64,000 nt of DNA from Alphaproteobacteria bacterium (GCA_965242595.1 OZ251464.1:1982235-2046234); one strand, 5' to 3'. Numbered from the stretch's first letter, positions 9,001 through 15,130 are shown. A program made the numbers and translations. The notes: generated by a model not told the origin, from the sequence alone.

Positions 9001-11430
9001 GGCCGTGGCGGCAACCGTCACCTGCTTGTCGGGCGCATCGCCGTCGTTGTCCTCGGCCGTCAGCGTCACGCCGTCGCCGCCGCTGGCGGTGGCCCCGGCG
9101 GCGATGGTCAGCGTCCCCCCGCCGGAAAGGGTGAAATCGTCCGCCGCCGTCACCGTCACCACCACCGCCTCGCTGGAGGCGCCCGACAGCTTCGCCGTCA
9201 CCGTCGTCATCTCGCCATTTTCCGAAATCGAAGCCGACGACAGCGCCAGCGTCACGACCGGCAGCGCGTCGTCGTCGGTGAGCGTCAGCGTCACCGCCGC
9301 CGGCGCCCTCACATCGCCGCTCGCCTCCCCCGCAACCAGCATCCGCTTGTCCGGCGAGTCGATGCTGTTGCCCACCGCCGTAATCGTCACCGTGCCGGTG
9401 CTGGCGGTGGCCCCGCTGGCGAACACCAGCTCCGTCGTCGCCGACAGCGTGGCATCGCCCACCATGGCCCCCGCCCCGGGCGTCACCGTCACCGTAACGG
9501 TGGCCGCCCCGGCGGCCGCCTCGTCCAGCGTCGCCGTCACCGTCGTCACGCCGCCGGTCTCGGAGATGGTGGAGGACGACAGCGCCAGCGCCGCCTTGGG
9601 CACGGCGGTGATGGGGAGCCACTCGCCGTAGTAGTAATAAGTTGTTATGCCGTCGGGGAAGAGGCCGCCATGCGTGACGAGGACGACCACGCCGTCATTG
9701 TCGATCATCGCCTGGGTAAGACGGATCGTCCTGGACCCGCCGCTGCCGGTGGCCCGGCTGCAAATGGCGCCCTCGGTCGGCGCGGGGCCGCGATTTGAGG
9801 CGAGTCGCCTGACCGTCCTGTAAGCGCACGCCCAGACCCATCGATCCCCCAAGCTCCTCCCGGTAACGGTGATCGTTTGCGGGTCGGTCTTGCCCTTCAG
9901 CGACGCCGTGGTGACGTCATAGGTACCGAGCCCCGTTACCCAGCGCCTGTCGGTCCCGGTGGGCACGGTGCCGTCATTGTCGGTGACGGTCAGCGTCACG
10001 CTGGCCGGGTTCGCCACCCCGCCGCCGGCCGCGCTGCCCGACACCGTCACCTGCTTGGCGGCCCCGCGCATATCGTTGTTGACGCCCGTCACCGTCACCG
10101 TGCCGCTGCTGGCGGTCGCCCCGGCGGCGATGGTCAGCGTCCGCGTCAGAGACAATGTGAAGTCCCGCGCCGTCGCCCCGGTGCTGGGCGCCGCCGCCAC
10201 CGTCACCGTCACCGCCGCGCTGGAGGCGCCCGAAAGCCGCGCCGTCACCGTCGCCACCCCGCCGCCCTCCGAGATCGACGAGGGGGACAGCCCCAGCGTC
10301 ACCATCGGCGTGCCTTCGTCGTCGATCAGCGTCAGCGTGGTGGCTTCGGGCGCCCGGATGTCGCCAGCAACGCTGCCCGAAATCGTCACCTGCGCGTTGG
10401 GCGCGTCGGCGCTGTCGTCCATGGCGGTGATGGTGACTGTGCCGCTGCTGGCGGTGGCGCCGTTCGCGAACACCAGCCTCGTATTGCCAGAGAGCGTGAA
10501 ATCCGTGCCCGCGCCGGGGCTGGCCGCCACCGTGACGGTCGCCGCCCCGGAGGCCGGCTTGTCCAGCACCGCCGTCACCGTGGCCACCCCGCCATTTTCC
10601 CGGATCGACGAAGACGACAGGATCAGCGTCGCCTCCGGCAGCGAGACGATGGGCACCCATTCGGCGTAGAGATAGAAATGTCTGCCCGACGACTCCTCCA
10701 ACACCACAATGACCACGCCGTCATTGTCGATCATCGCCTGGGTCAGCGTGATCGAGTTGGGCGTGTTGTTGGTGGTAAGCTGGGTGCAGCCCGCGCCCGG
10801 TCCGGTGTTGGTGTAACCCTGGGTTGGCTGCGTGGCGTCTCTGGTGGCGCAGGCCCAGAAATCGACGAGGCGCTCCCTACCCCCTCGCGTCCTCACCGCC
10901 AGTGGCTGGGCGGTGGTCTTGGCCAGCAGCGGTGACGTGGTGATGTCCCAGTCGTTGGCTGTAGGGGCGCCGTTTCGCCACGTGGTCGCGGTGACCGACG
11001 GCTCGTTGTCGGCGATGGTCAGCGTCACGTCGGCCGGGCCGGTCAGGCTGCCGCCGCCGCCCGCGGCGCTGCCCGCCACCCTCACCATCTTGTCGGGCGC
11101 GTCGATGTCGTTGTTGACCGCCGTAATCGTCACCGTGCCGGCGCTGGCGGTGGTGTTGGCGGCGATGGTGAGCGTGGTGCCCGTCAGCGTGTAATCCGCC
11201 GCCCGGGCGCCGCTGGAGGCGACCGGCGCCACGCTGACCGTCACCGTCACCGCCGCGCTGTTCGGCGTGTTCAGACTGGCCGTCACCGAGGCCACCCCGC
11301 CACCCTCCGATATCGAAGCCGGCGACAGGCGCAAGCTCACACTCTGCGCCCAGGCCGGCGCCGCGGCGGCAAGCGCCAGCGCAGCCAGCAGGACGGCGAA
11401 ACCCACGCGGGAAGCGCGACAACCCCTCAC
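1..11430 (-). CDS. Giant Calx-beta-like repeat adhesin, paralog 2. This is the 5' partial, about 3800 codons; the gene continues past the window start.
   Basis: Reverse translation of 1..132 gives VTTTDNDDAPGVTLALSPAAISESGGAATVRATLSRPSGAATTI, the same repeat type as the large ORF. The frame stays open from the window edge up to a GTG at 11428-11430 that follows an in-frame TAG. The N-terminus reads VRGCRASRVGFAVLLAALALAAAAPAWA/QS, a signal peptide with an AWA cleavage motif. A GGGGGA Shine-Dalgarno-like motif sits ~5 nt upstream. It is absent from the ORF track because no stop lies within the window. Confidence 0.8.
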   Translation of the reverse strand, partial: MRGCRASRVGFAVLLAALALAAAAPAWAQSVSLRLSPASISEGGGVASVTASLNTPNSAAVTVTVSVAPVASSGARAADYTLTGTTLTIAANTTASAGTVTITAVNNDIDAPDKMVRVAGSAAGGGGSLTGPADVTLTIADNEPSVTATTWRNGAPTANDWDITTSPLLAKTTAQPLAVRTRGGRERLVDFWACATRDATQPTQGYTNTGPGAGCTQLTTNNTPNSITLTQAMIDNDGVVIVVLEESSGRHFYLYAEWVPIVSLPEATLILSSSSIRENGGVATVTAVLDKPASGAATVTVAASPGAGTDFTLSGNTRLVFANGATASSGTVTITAMDDSADAPNAQVTISGSVAGDIRAPEATTLTLIDDEGTPMVTLGLSPSSISEGGGVATVTARLSGASSAAVTVTVAAAPSTGATARDFTLSLTRTLTIAAGATASSGTVTVTGVNNDMRGAAKQVTVSGSAAGGGVANPASVTLTVTDNDGTVPTGTDRRWVTGLGTYDVTTASLKGKTDPQTITVTGRSLGDRWVWACAYRTVRRLASNRGPAPTEGAICSRATGSGGSRTIRLTQAMIDNDGVVVLVTHGGLFPDGITTYYYYGEWLPITAVPKAALALSSSTISETGGVTTVTATLDEAAAGAATVTVTVTPGAGAMVGDATLSATTELVFASGATASTGTVTITAVGNSIDSPDKRMLVAGEASGDVRAPAAVTLTLTDDDALPVVTLALSSASISENGEMTTVTAKLSGASSEAVVVTVTAADDFTLSGGGTLTIAAGATASGGDGVTLTAEDNDGDAPDKQVTVAATASGGNGVAAPTGVALTLTDDDDAPGVTLSLSAASIGENGGETTVAAALSHPSSADTTVTVTAVDGAYTVGSDAVIVIAAGDTVNAGDTATVAAVDDSVYQGGADGAGRATTVTGTAANDQAAANSETMAVTGAALTLTDDETAPMVTLALAPASIAENGGVASVTATLSGASSAEVVVTVGAAAGAGAGADDFTLSMENTLTIAANATASSGDVTVTAEDNDVHAANKSVTVSGTVAGGHGVGNPANVTLTITEDDTLPTVALALSPASISETGGVSSVTATLSGKSSEAVVVTVGAAAGTGAVAGDFDLSAATTLTIAAGSTASSGDVTVMANGNDVDAPDKSVTVSGTATGGNGVAAPSDVTLTLSDDETLPTVTLALSSSSISETGGVATVTATLSGKSSAAVVATVGAAAGTGAVAGDFTLSSAKTLTIAAGQTASAGTVTVTANGNLVDTNDKQVTISATMAGGHGVAAPATVDLTLTDDDTAGVTFNPTTMTLTEEGASKTFTFVLDTEPPPGLAQWVSVGLYPDIGLALGGDNQLSPMRGQNYTFTTTTWDTPQTVTVNALADSGHEDNTLRLRYVVADYGLGDVGRNVAHAQRPIGVTVTVIDDDKPAVTLALSESSISEDGGVATVTATLDKAANEGTTVTVSASPGAGTDFTQAGTLLTIAAAATTSTGVVTLTAMNNTADAPDKEVTVSATVDGGDGASDPDDVTLTISDDEAAPGVTLALSDDSIAENGGSSVVSATLSHPSSAATTVTVTAVSGAFTVPSGAAGQIVIDAGDTTAASDTVTVMAVNDSVHQGSSGRQATVTATVANDQASADSTTMAVTTATLTLTDDETLPTVTLALSQSSISETGGVSSVTATLSGASSEAVTVTVGAAAGTGAVAADFAQTGTTLTIAAGSTASAGVVTVTANGNDVDSPDKSVTVSGTVTGGNGVVAPSNLTLTLTDDETLPIVTLALSESSISEQGGEATVTATLSGKSSEAVTVTVGAVAGTGAVAADFGLSAAKTLTIAVGQTTSAGTVTVTASGNDVHSGDKSVTVSGTVTGGNGVVAPSDVTLTLSDDETLPTVTLALSSSSISETGGVATVTATLSGKSSEGVTVTVGAAAGTGAVAADFDLSSAKTLTIAAGTTASAGTVTVTANSNDRHSGPKSVTISGTAVGGNNIAAPSNLTLTLTDDESLPTVTLALSSSSISESSGVATVTATLSGKSSEAVTVTVGAAPGANAAAADFDLSSNTKLTIAAGATASAGTVTVTANGNNVHSPDKSVTVSGMVTGGNNVGTPSSLTLTLEDDDTATLTLALSDPISGEADAIKELATAPGSERMTTVTARLSTPASAAVTIAVSATAGTNAAADDFSFSANTKLIIAAGATASTGVVTITAVDDRIDSLVDDTVTRKKVVVKGAPSSTLTIAAPADVELRIWEDDRAALVTAPAFPRCRRAPCPVWLSVAEGASETFTVKLNSQPTTNITVAVKSDESDEGLVSAGGGTAAASTRLTFTASNWETAQTVTLHGVSDQVVDGDDDYTLRLFPDTPDEPTDAYHVIGGASVRPQTVRTTDVDVAGLTVSESTLTVTEGGAEQTFTVRLTSKPTAAVTVTATSGDGDEVRLARAAGDANAQAFATAKTLVFSASDWNATQTLRVTAVDDDRDDPASLAVEITLDPASSDGKYNGLDDETVDVTKNDDDPTPTLTLARAPAAISESGGVATVTATLSGKSDEAVVATVAAAPGTGASAADFTLSMAKTLTIAAGATTSSGVVTVTANGNMVDSPDKQVTISASVAGGHGLLSNPSDVALTLTDDDALPTVALALSASAVSENGGVATVTATLSGASSEAVTVTVDAAPGTGAAAADFDLSTAKTLTIAAGSTTSAGAVTVTANDNMVDAPDKSVTVSGTVVGGNGVANPTAVTLTLSDDDALPTLALALSPASISETNGVASVTATLSGASSEAVTVTVAAAPGTGAVAADFALSAARTLTIAAGVTVSGGDVTVTASDNDVDAPNKQVTVSGTAAGGNNVANPTAVTLTLENDEAAPTVTVTLSSASISENGGMTTASAVLSGKSSAATTVTVQGLQNIFTVPTGAGGRIVIAAGATTSADRVTITALDNDVDAGANAPYVLIGETNDHRVNAAAHPQVTITDDDTAGLALAPTPSTTARLQTDEGGGTASFTVALTSQPTGDVELDLAVAGSGTSEGAVSPGSLTFTASNWQTAQTATLTGQDDTLADGSQNYQVTVEVDQTNTADDTYDMVATATVYAVNHDDEYGLVTGTVSGQATEGGGTASFTVRLRTQPAQAVTVTVSSQDASEGRVSPSTLTFQPGDWSTTQAVTVTGEDDNIDDGTVTWNVRLDPASGDTNYNALANVDVPVTTTDNDAAPGVTLALTPAAISENAGVATVRATLSRPSGAATTITVTGVTGAFTVPSGAAGQIVIAAGDTVNASGTVTITAVNDNVHQGSPGRQANVTAIVTNDRASADSTTMAVTAATLRLNDDDAAPGAVLALSPASISENGGTSAVSATLSRASAVATTVTVMAAQGAAYRVGSDATIVIAAFATAAASDTAAITAVDNDIDEPNRTATVTATLTNDRGAGSVTGATLTLEDDDAAPGVTLSVQPATITENGGAAAVSAVLERPSSQPTTVTVTAQSGVFTVPAGAAGRIVIAASATTASGTVTITAVNNQVDATDNMVTVGAAATNGHGVGSVTGASLTISDDDQAAIVMSETTSTSSRLRTSEDGSTATVDITLATGPTANVVIDVTSSNTGEGTASPSSLTFTSSDWQTAQTVTLTGVNDPSPGTADGSQNYRVTLAVNTADTADSFYDALSDVFIYAVNADDELGLDVGTVTGQASEGRGQASFTVKLATDPGQATMSSQAVTVTVTSQDAGEGRVSPSALTFTAGSSGNWNTNQVVTVTGVDDNIDDGTVTWDVRLDTSSASGSDYNGIADVDVSVTTTDNDDAPGVTLALSPAAISESGGAATVRATLSRPSGAATTI
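260..4900. repeat. Multi-kb block of gene 2 homologous (roughly 85-95% nt) and largely collinear with gene 1 segment 20150..26500
   Basis: Antisense ORFs are near-identical at a constant offset of 19,897 bp: 1397..1624 vs 21294..21521, 1628..1912 vs 21525..21809, and 1913..2215 vs 21810..22112. The offset shifts by ~1.7 kb further on (4475 vs 26100). Confidence 0.7.
9620..9965 (-). other. Insert module copy in gene 2 (second)
   Basis: Verified reverse translations: VTLTVTDNDGTVPTGTDRRWVTGLGTYDVTTAS... and ...GSRTIRLTQAMIDNDGVVVLVTHGGLFPDGITTYYYGEWLPITAV. Confidence 0.55.
10640..10975 (-). other. Insert module copy in gene 2 (N-proximal)
   Basis: Verified reverse translations: VTLTIADNEPSVTATTWRNGAPTANDWDITTSP... 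and ...QAMIDNDGVVIVVLEESSGRHFYLYAEWVP. Confidence 0.55.
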
Positions 11431-11482
11431 TCGGTCCCCCTCGACAGGCGAGCGCAGCTATCTGGCAAGCCCCCATCAAGAA

Positions 11483-11488
11483 TGTCAA
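11483..11488 (-). promoter_or_regulatory. Candidate -35 box (TTGACA) of the promoter for giant gene 2
   Basis: Minus strand reads GGTGTTGACATTCTTGATGGGGGCTTGCCAGATAGCTG ~50 nt upstream of the GTG start. The -35 hexamer is perfect but the -10 is weak. Confidence 0.3.
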
Positions 11489-11690
11489 CACCTTACAGCC
11501 AGAAACTCATATCCCGCTTCACAGGGGCCGAACCGGTGCCCGGACGGCGGCGGAGGCCATCGCATCTGGCAACGAATGCACCAGCGGAAAGCCGGGAGAG
11601 GACCTGCGATGGCAGGCAATTGCAAAGGCCCCCGCCAGTTCGGCACAGACCCGGAATTGCCGCGCCAAAGCCACAAGAACGATAGCGCCA

Positions 11691-11699
11691 GCACAAACC
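11691..11699. repeat. Homopolymeric C9 tract (G9 on minus), ~260 bp upstream of the giant gene 2 start
   Basis: Direct reading: cca ccccccccc a at 11688..11700. Confidence 0.9.
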
Positions 11700-11808
11700 A
11701 CCCCCCCCCAAGCCCGTGACCATACCTCCAGGCGCGCTGTGCGGCGGACGCCGTTATGCGCCGGATAGCCATGCCGGACGCCAATTCTTGCGGTGCTAAG
11801 CCACGACG

Positions 11809-12546
11809 CTAAGCCACGACAGGGGCGGTCGCTGCCGGAACGGACGGCCCCTCGACAGCGATGCTGCGATCCGCCGCCATCGCAATATGCCGCGCCACGC
11901 GCTCGTCCAGGACGCTCTCCTGGGTATCGAGTTCAAGCGCGAAACGAATCAGCAGCCGTCTGTACAGGTCGAAATCGCGCTCTTGCCGCGCTGCGGCCAA
12001 TTGCCGAATGGCAAGATCGTCGCGCCGCAGCGGCCCGCATACGCGCATGAGGTGAAGGGCGGCGTTGCCCCGCTCCGAGAGGCGGCTTCCCCGCTGGATG
12101 GCGTCTTCCAATGCCTCGTCGAACGCCGTTCGCCCCGCCTCGGTCCATCGCGCCTTGAGGGCCGTGTAAAGGGCCGGCGTCGCCACCCCCAGCCAGCACC
12201 CGGTGTCATCGAGGGGCGCAAGGGATATGCCCGAATCGCCCAGCGCGCCCCCCACAACCTCGGCAGCCCGCGCAAGTTCCGCCCCCATGGCGACCACCCC
12301 TTCGCCGGAGACGATCGGCCGCGCGGATGCCGGCGGCAGCAGGGTGCCAAGCACCGCCGCTTCGTCCGGATCGGCGACCTCCAGCGCCCCGGGGTCGTCG
12401 CGCCAGTCGAGGCTGTGCGCAAGATAGAGCGCGGGATCGCCTGCGAATGAAAGCAAGGGTGGGCAAAAATGCATCCAGTCGCCAACATGGGCGGCGGACA
12501 TGCTAAAAAACCCCCGCAGGGTTGCGGCTGCGCGCGTGTCAACCAT
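11809..12546 (-). CDS. Hypothetical protein (245 aa). Its start overlaps the stop of the upstream ORF by 8 nt.
   Basis: ORF with mixed amino-acid composition (W, H, F, Y, C), unlike the low-complexity antisense frames. It is in the same orientation as its neighbours and translationally coupled to 12539..13315. I recognise no family. Confidence 0.5.
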   Translation of the reverse strand: MVDTRAAATLRGFFSMSAAHVGDWMHFCPPLLSFAGDPALYLAHSLDWRDDPGALEVADPDEAAVLGTLLPPASARPIVSGEGVVAMGAELARAAEVVGGALGDSGISLAPLDDTGCWLGVATPALYTALKARWTEAGRTAFDEALEDAIQRGSRLSERGNAALHLMRVCGPLRRDDLAIRQLAAARQERDFDLYRRLLIRFALELDTQESVLDERVARHIAMAADRSIAVEGPSVPAATAPVVA

Positions 12547-13315
12547 GAGCGGCCTCCAGCACCATGGATTCCTCTACCGTCTGCACCACCGACCCGTCTT
12601 TCTCCGACACGATGACGTGATCGAAAACCCACCTGTAGATTCGCTGGCTTTCGCTGTCTGCCAACGGGTTGCGCCCGAGCCAATGGATATATTTGCCGCG
12701 ATTGTCTTCGCTCATGTGGATTGCCCGTAGCTCCAGGCGGCCGGTGATCGCGTCGTGCGGGATGCGGACTTCCCATGTCCAGGCCCGCGCGGTGTTCGGC
12801 TGTCCCCTGACGATGGTGAACCCGGTCTCCGGAGGCCGATTCCCGGGCCCGGGGGCGCGGCCCTCAATGTAGTCGCTGAGCGTGTCGTAGTGGGCGAGAA
12901 TATACCGTTCGAAAGCATCCTTCCAGTCGCGCAACGGCACATCCAGCGTCCGGAAGGCCGCTTGCCGCGCTGTCGTCCCGAGTGGTGGATCGGTGTGGAT
13001 CTTGCCCGCCCACCAGCCGCCGCTGTCGAACGGCGTGGCCCCCCTCGCATCCGCAGGCCAGGCAACGCCTTCGGCCTCGCTCAAGACAAATACGATCCAG
13101 CCATAGCTGTCCTCCGCCCGCAGGACGTAGAAGTAGTAGGGCTTGCCGAGGATGCCAAGCCCATGCTCGGCCGCCAGGGTTTGCGGGCGGGCAGCGGGCG
13201 CAGGCCACTTTCCCTGGATGGCTGCGGTCACCAATTCGCGCCAATCCTCGCCACCATGAAGGTGGTAGTTGTGCAGCCCTCGGGTCAGCAAACGGTTCAT
13301 GGCCCCATCATACAC
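12539..13315 (-). CDS. Hypothetical protein (258 aa)
   Basis: Complex, non-repetitive composition (YYFYVLRAEDSYGWIVFVLSE..., WTWEVRIPHD...). It sits 69 nt downstream of the protease gene stop. I recognise no family. Confidence 0.55.
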   Translation of the reverse strand: MYDGAMNRLLTRGLHNYHLHGGEDWRELVTAAIQGKWPAPAARPQTLAAEHGLGILGKPYYFYVLRAEDSYGWIVFVLSEAEGVAWPADARGATPFDSGGWWAGKIHTDPPLGTTARQAAFRTLDVPLRDWKDAFERYILAHYDTLSDYIEGRAPGPGNRPPETGFTIVRGQPNTARAWTWEVRIPHDAITGRLELRAIHMSEDNRGKYIHWLGRNPLADSESQRIYRWVFDHVIVSEKDGSVVQTVEESMVLEAAHG

Positions 13316-13384
13316 CGGGAGCAGCGGGAATTGTCACCCCCCAATCGGCATGACGGCCTGCCGGGAGGGCGCCGGGCGGGGCGT

Positions 13385-14041
13385 TCAGGGCTTGGGTTCC
13401 GGCCGTAATGGCGGGCAGCTGTCCGCGCCATCCGCCTGGCGTTTCTGGCGCTGGCGATAGTATTCGACCAGTCGGTACGGGTCGTGGCCGACGGAGCGCG
13501 AAATCCGGTGGCGAACCTCGCGCACGGCGGCGATGACGGGATCGTCTCTCATGGCGATGCCACCTCTCCGGGAAGCTGCGACTTCACGCGCCATGGCGCC
13601 GCCGCGGCGCCAGAGAGTAGCCCGTTTCAGCTTGATCAGGGGGCGGTCGGGCGACTCCGGGCGCGGCCCCAGCGCGCGGGTGGCGCTATCCGCCACCAGG
13701 TCCAGCGCCGTCAGCACGATCTGGCCGATCAGCGGCTCGCTCAAGGGCGGGCCGACGATGCACTCGGTGATCATGAAGCGGTTGCCGATGTGAACCGTCA
13801 CCGGCCCGGCCACCGGGCGGGTTTCCTTGCGTTGGTCCGCATAGGTCACGACGACCTCGCGCTGCTTCCTCAGACCCAGGCGGCTGACCACGTTCTCCGG
13901 CAACACGAGCATGACCGCGCCGGTATCCACCACGCCTAGCACCGTCATGCGGCGAAGCTCGGATTCGGGGCGCAAACCCCGGCGGACGATGCAGCGGTCG
14001 CCGGTGTTTTCTAATTCCACCGAAGCGACGATCTCACCCAT
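13385..14041 (-). CDS. Retropepsin-like (clan AA, DTGA motif) aspartyl protease with a ~80-aa C-terminal extension
   Basis: Reads MGEIVASVELENTGDRCIVRRGL...LGVVDTGAVMLVLPENVVSRLGL...IGNRFMITECIVGP, with the catalytic D-T-G-A signature and the overall pattern of the PF13650/PF13975 type. There is a strong SD (GAGGAGGAAG) 8 nt upstream of the ATG at 14041; the ORF track extends it to a GTG at 14089. The C-terminal tail (MRDDPVIAAVREVRHRISRSVGHDPYRLVEYYRQRQKRQ) is unassigned. Confidence 0.6.
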   Translation of the reverse strand: MGEIVASVELENTGDRCIVRRGLRPESELRRMTVLGVVDTGAVMLVLPENVVSRLGLRKQREVVVTYADQRKETRPVAGPVTVHIGNRFMITECIVGPPLSEPLIGQIVLTALDLVADSATRALGPRPESPDRPLIKLKRATLWRRGGAMAREVAASRRGGIAMRDDPVIAAVREVRHRISRSVGHDPYRLVEYYRQRQKRQADGADSCPPLRPEPKP

Positions 14042-14061
14042 CGGCTTCCTCCTCACCGGCA

Positions 14062-14190
14062 TCCTGTCGCAACCGGAGCACCATGCCACAGGCGCCGCCG
14101 GGCGGGTGTCGGGTGGGTGTCACGGGGGTGTCGTGGACATGTTGCAGGGCGGCCGCGGCAGGCGGCGCGGGGCGGCGGGGGCCTGCCCAG
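14062..14190. repeat. Intergenic element R, copy 1. It lies between hicB and the protease gene.
   Basis: ~100-bp core is shared with 14627..14758 and 15151..15245. It contains GTGTC-type repeats phased at exactly 11 bp (14106, 14117, 14128, 14139). Its gene-proximal end reads GGTTGCGACAGGAT on minus. Confidence 0.7.
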
Positions 14191-14208
14191 GCCGTGTCCG
14201 GGCGCCGG

Positions 14209-14415
14209 TTAGACGGTGGCCGGTTCGGGCAGCGCCCCATCCTCATTGCGGACGATCTCCAGCCACTCGTCCACGATCCGGCACAGCTCGCGATACACCG
14301 CCACTTCGTCGTCGCCATGACAGCACGGGCCGATGACCCCGGGACAGGAACCGACAAAACACCGGTCCTCGTCCGACCATGCGACTCGCTTGATGTATTT
14401 CGCGCTGTCCTTCAT
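14209..14415 (-). CDS. hicB: HicB-family antitoxin, short form without a DNA-binding domain (68 aa)
   Basis: Reads MKDSAKYIKRVAWSDEDRCFVGSCPGVIGPCCHGDDEVAVYRELCRIVDEWLEIVRNEDGALPEP, matching the HicB-like antitoxin pattern (Y..v.WseEDg.yva..P.lpGc...GdT.eEA.......I.ewLE). It has a 4-nt ATGA overlap with hicA and a GAGGAG SD inside the hicA 3' end. Confidence 0.75.
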   Translation of the reverse strand: MKDSAKYIKRVAWSDEDRCFVGSCPGVIGPCCHGDDEVAVYRELCRIVDEWLEIVRNEDGALPEPATV

Positions 14416-14606
14416 GTCTGCGACTCCTCTATCCTTCGCCGCACCTCTCGTTCCTGGTAGGGCTTGGCATCGCCACCCAGGCTTCCGGAAATCGTCACAC
14501 GCTGCCCGTTCGGGTGGCGATAATTTCTGTGGCTGCCCTTGCCGCCGCGCGAAACGAACCCCGCCCGCTCCAGGTCTCTCACCAACGCTGCGACTTTACG
14601 CGGCAT
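14412..14606 (-). CDS. hicA: HicA-family mRNA interferase toxin (64 aa)
   Basis: Reads MPRKVAALVRDLERAGFVSRGGKGSHRNYRHPNGQRVTISGSLGGDAKPYQEREVRRRI. It has the G-KGSH-x-y-HP signature of HicA/YcfA-like proteins and sits directly upstream of hicB with overlap. Confidence 0.8.
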   Translation of the reverse strand: MPRKVAALVRDLERAGFVSRGGKGSHRNYRHPNGQRVTISGSLGGDAKPYQEREVRRRIEESQT

Positions 14607-14626
14607 GGTGTCGAGGCCGACATGGC

Positions 14627-14758
14627 CAACATTCTATCGCAACCGGGGCGCCATGGTCACAGGCGCTGCCGGGAGGGTGTCGGGCAGGTGTCACGGGCGT
14701 GTCGTGGGCGTGTTGCAGGGCGGCCGCGGCAGACAGCGCGGGGTGGCGGGGGCCGGGT
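14627..14758. repeat. Intergenic element R, copy 2, immediately upstream (minus sense) of hicA
   Basis: Four GTGTC/GTGTT repeats at 14677, 14688, 14699 and 14710 with exact 11-bp phasing. A TTGCGATAGAAT (-10-like TAGAAT) lies 25 nt before the hicA ATG on minus. Confidence 0.7.
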
Positions 14759-14762
14759 GGAA

Positions 14763-15044
14763 TTATCCCGAAGCTCGTTGAACTTCAGCCGCCCCGCCAT
14801 GCCGTGGCCCGCGCTGCCCAACCATCCCGGAGCACGCCAGGCCCGCGGTCGGTTCGGGCAGCGCCCCATCCTCATCGCGGAGGATCTCCAGCCACTCGTC
14901 CACGATCCGGCACAACTCCCGATACACCGCCACTTCGTCGTCGCCGTGACAGCACGGGCCGATGACGCCGGGGCAGGAACCGACGAAGCACCGATCCTCG
15001 TCCGACCACGCGACTCGCTTGATGTATTTCGCGCTGTCCTTCAT
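14763..15044 (-). CDS. Second, orphan HicB-like copy (hicB') with a 26-aa C-terminal extension and no hicA partner
   Basis: MKDSAKYIKRVAWSDEDRCFVGSCPGVIGPCCHGDDEVAVYRELCRIVDEWLEILRDEDGALPEPTAGL... is ~93% nt identical to hicB over ~250 bp. It has an intact ATG (15044) and a GAGGAG SD. The ORF track extends it to 15083 through the tandem repeat. Confidence 0.5.
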   Translation of the reverse strand: MKDSAKYIKRVAWSDEDRCFVGSCPGVIGPCCHGDDEVAVYRELCRIVDEWLEILRDEDGALPEPTAGLACSGMVGQRGPRHGGAAEVQRASG

Positions 15045-15057
15045 GTCCGCGACTCCT

Positions 15058-15130
15058 CTATCCTCCGCCGCGCCGCTCTCCATCCCTCGCCGCGCCGCTC
15101 TCTATCCTTCATCCTTCGCCGCGCCGCTCA
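15058..15130. repeat. Imperfect 22-bp tandem triplication replacing hicA upstream of hicB'
   Basis: Units are ctatcctccgccgcgccgctctc / catccctcgccgcgccgctctc / tatccttcatccttcgccgcgccgctcattcc. They correspond to the 3' end of hicA (RRRIEE codons and the hicB SD) present once at 14416..14440. Confidence 0.7.

Noticed and set aside
11795-11820. 13-bp tandem duplication gctaagccacgac x2 at the stop codon of 11809..12546.
   Set aside because: It is real in the sequence but too short to interpret, and is probably a trivial slippage. It does not alter the reading frame call.
12755-13408. 217-aa plus-strand ORF.
   Set aside because: It is antisense to the better-looking minus-strand ORF 12539..13315. 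It is P/R/G-rich with no SD.
14083-14460. Plus-strand 125-aa ORF and 14333..14965 or 14514..15179 over the hicAB region.
   Set aside because: They are antisense to well-supported HicA/HicB reading frames and have P/R/G-rich translations.
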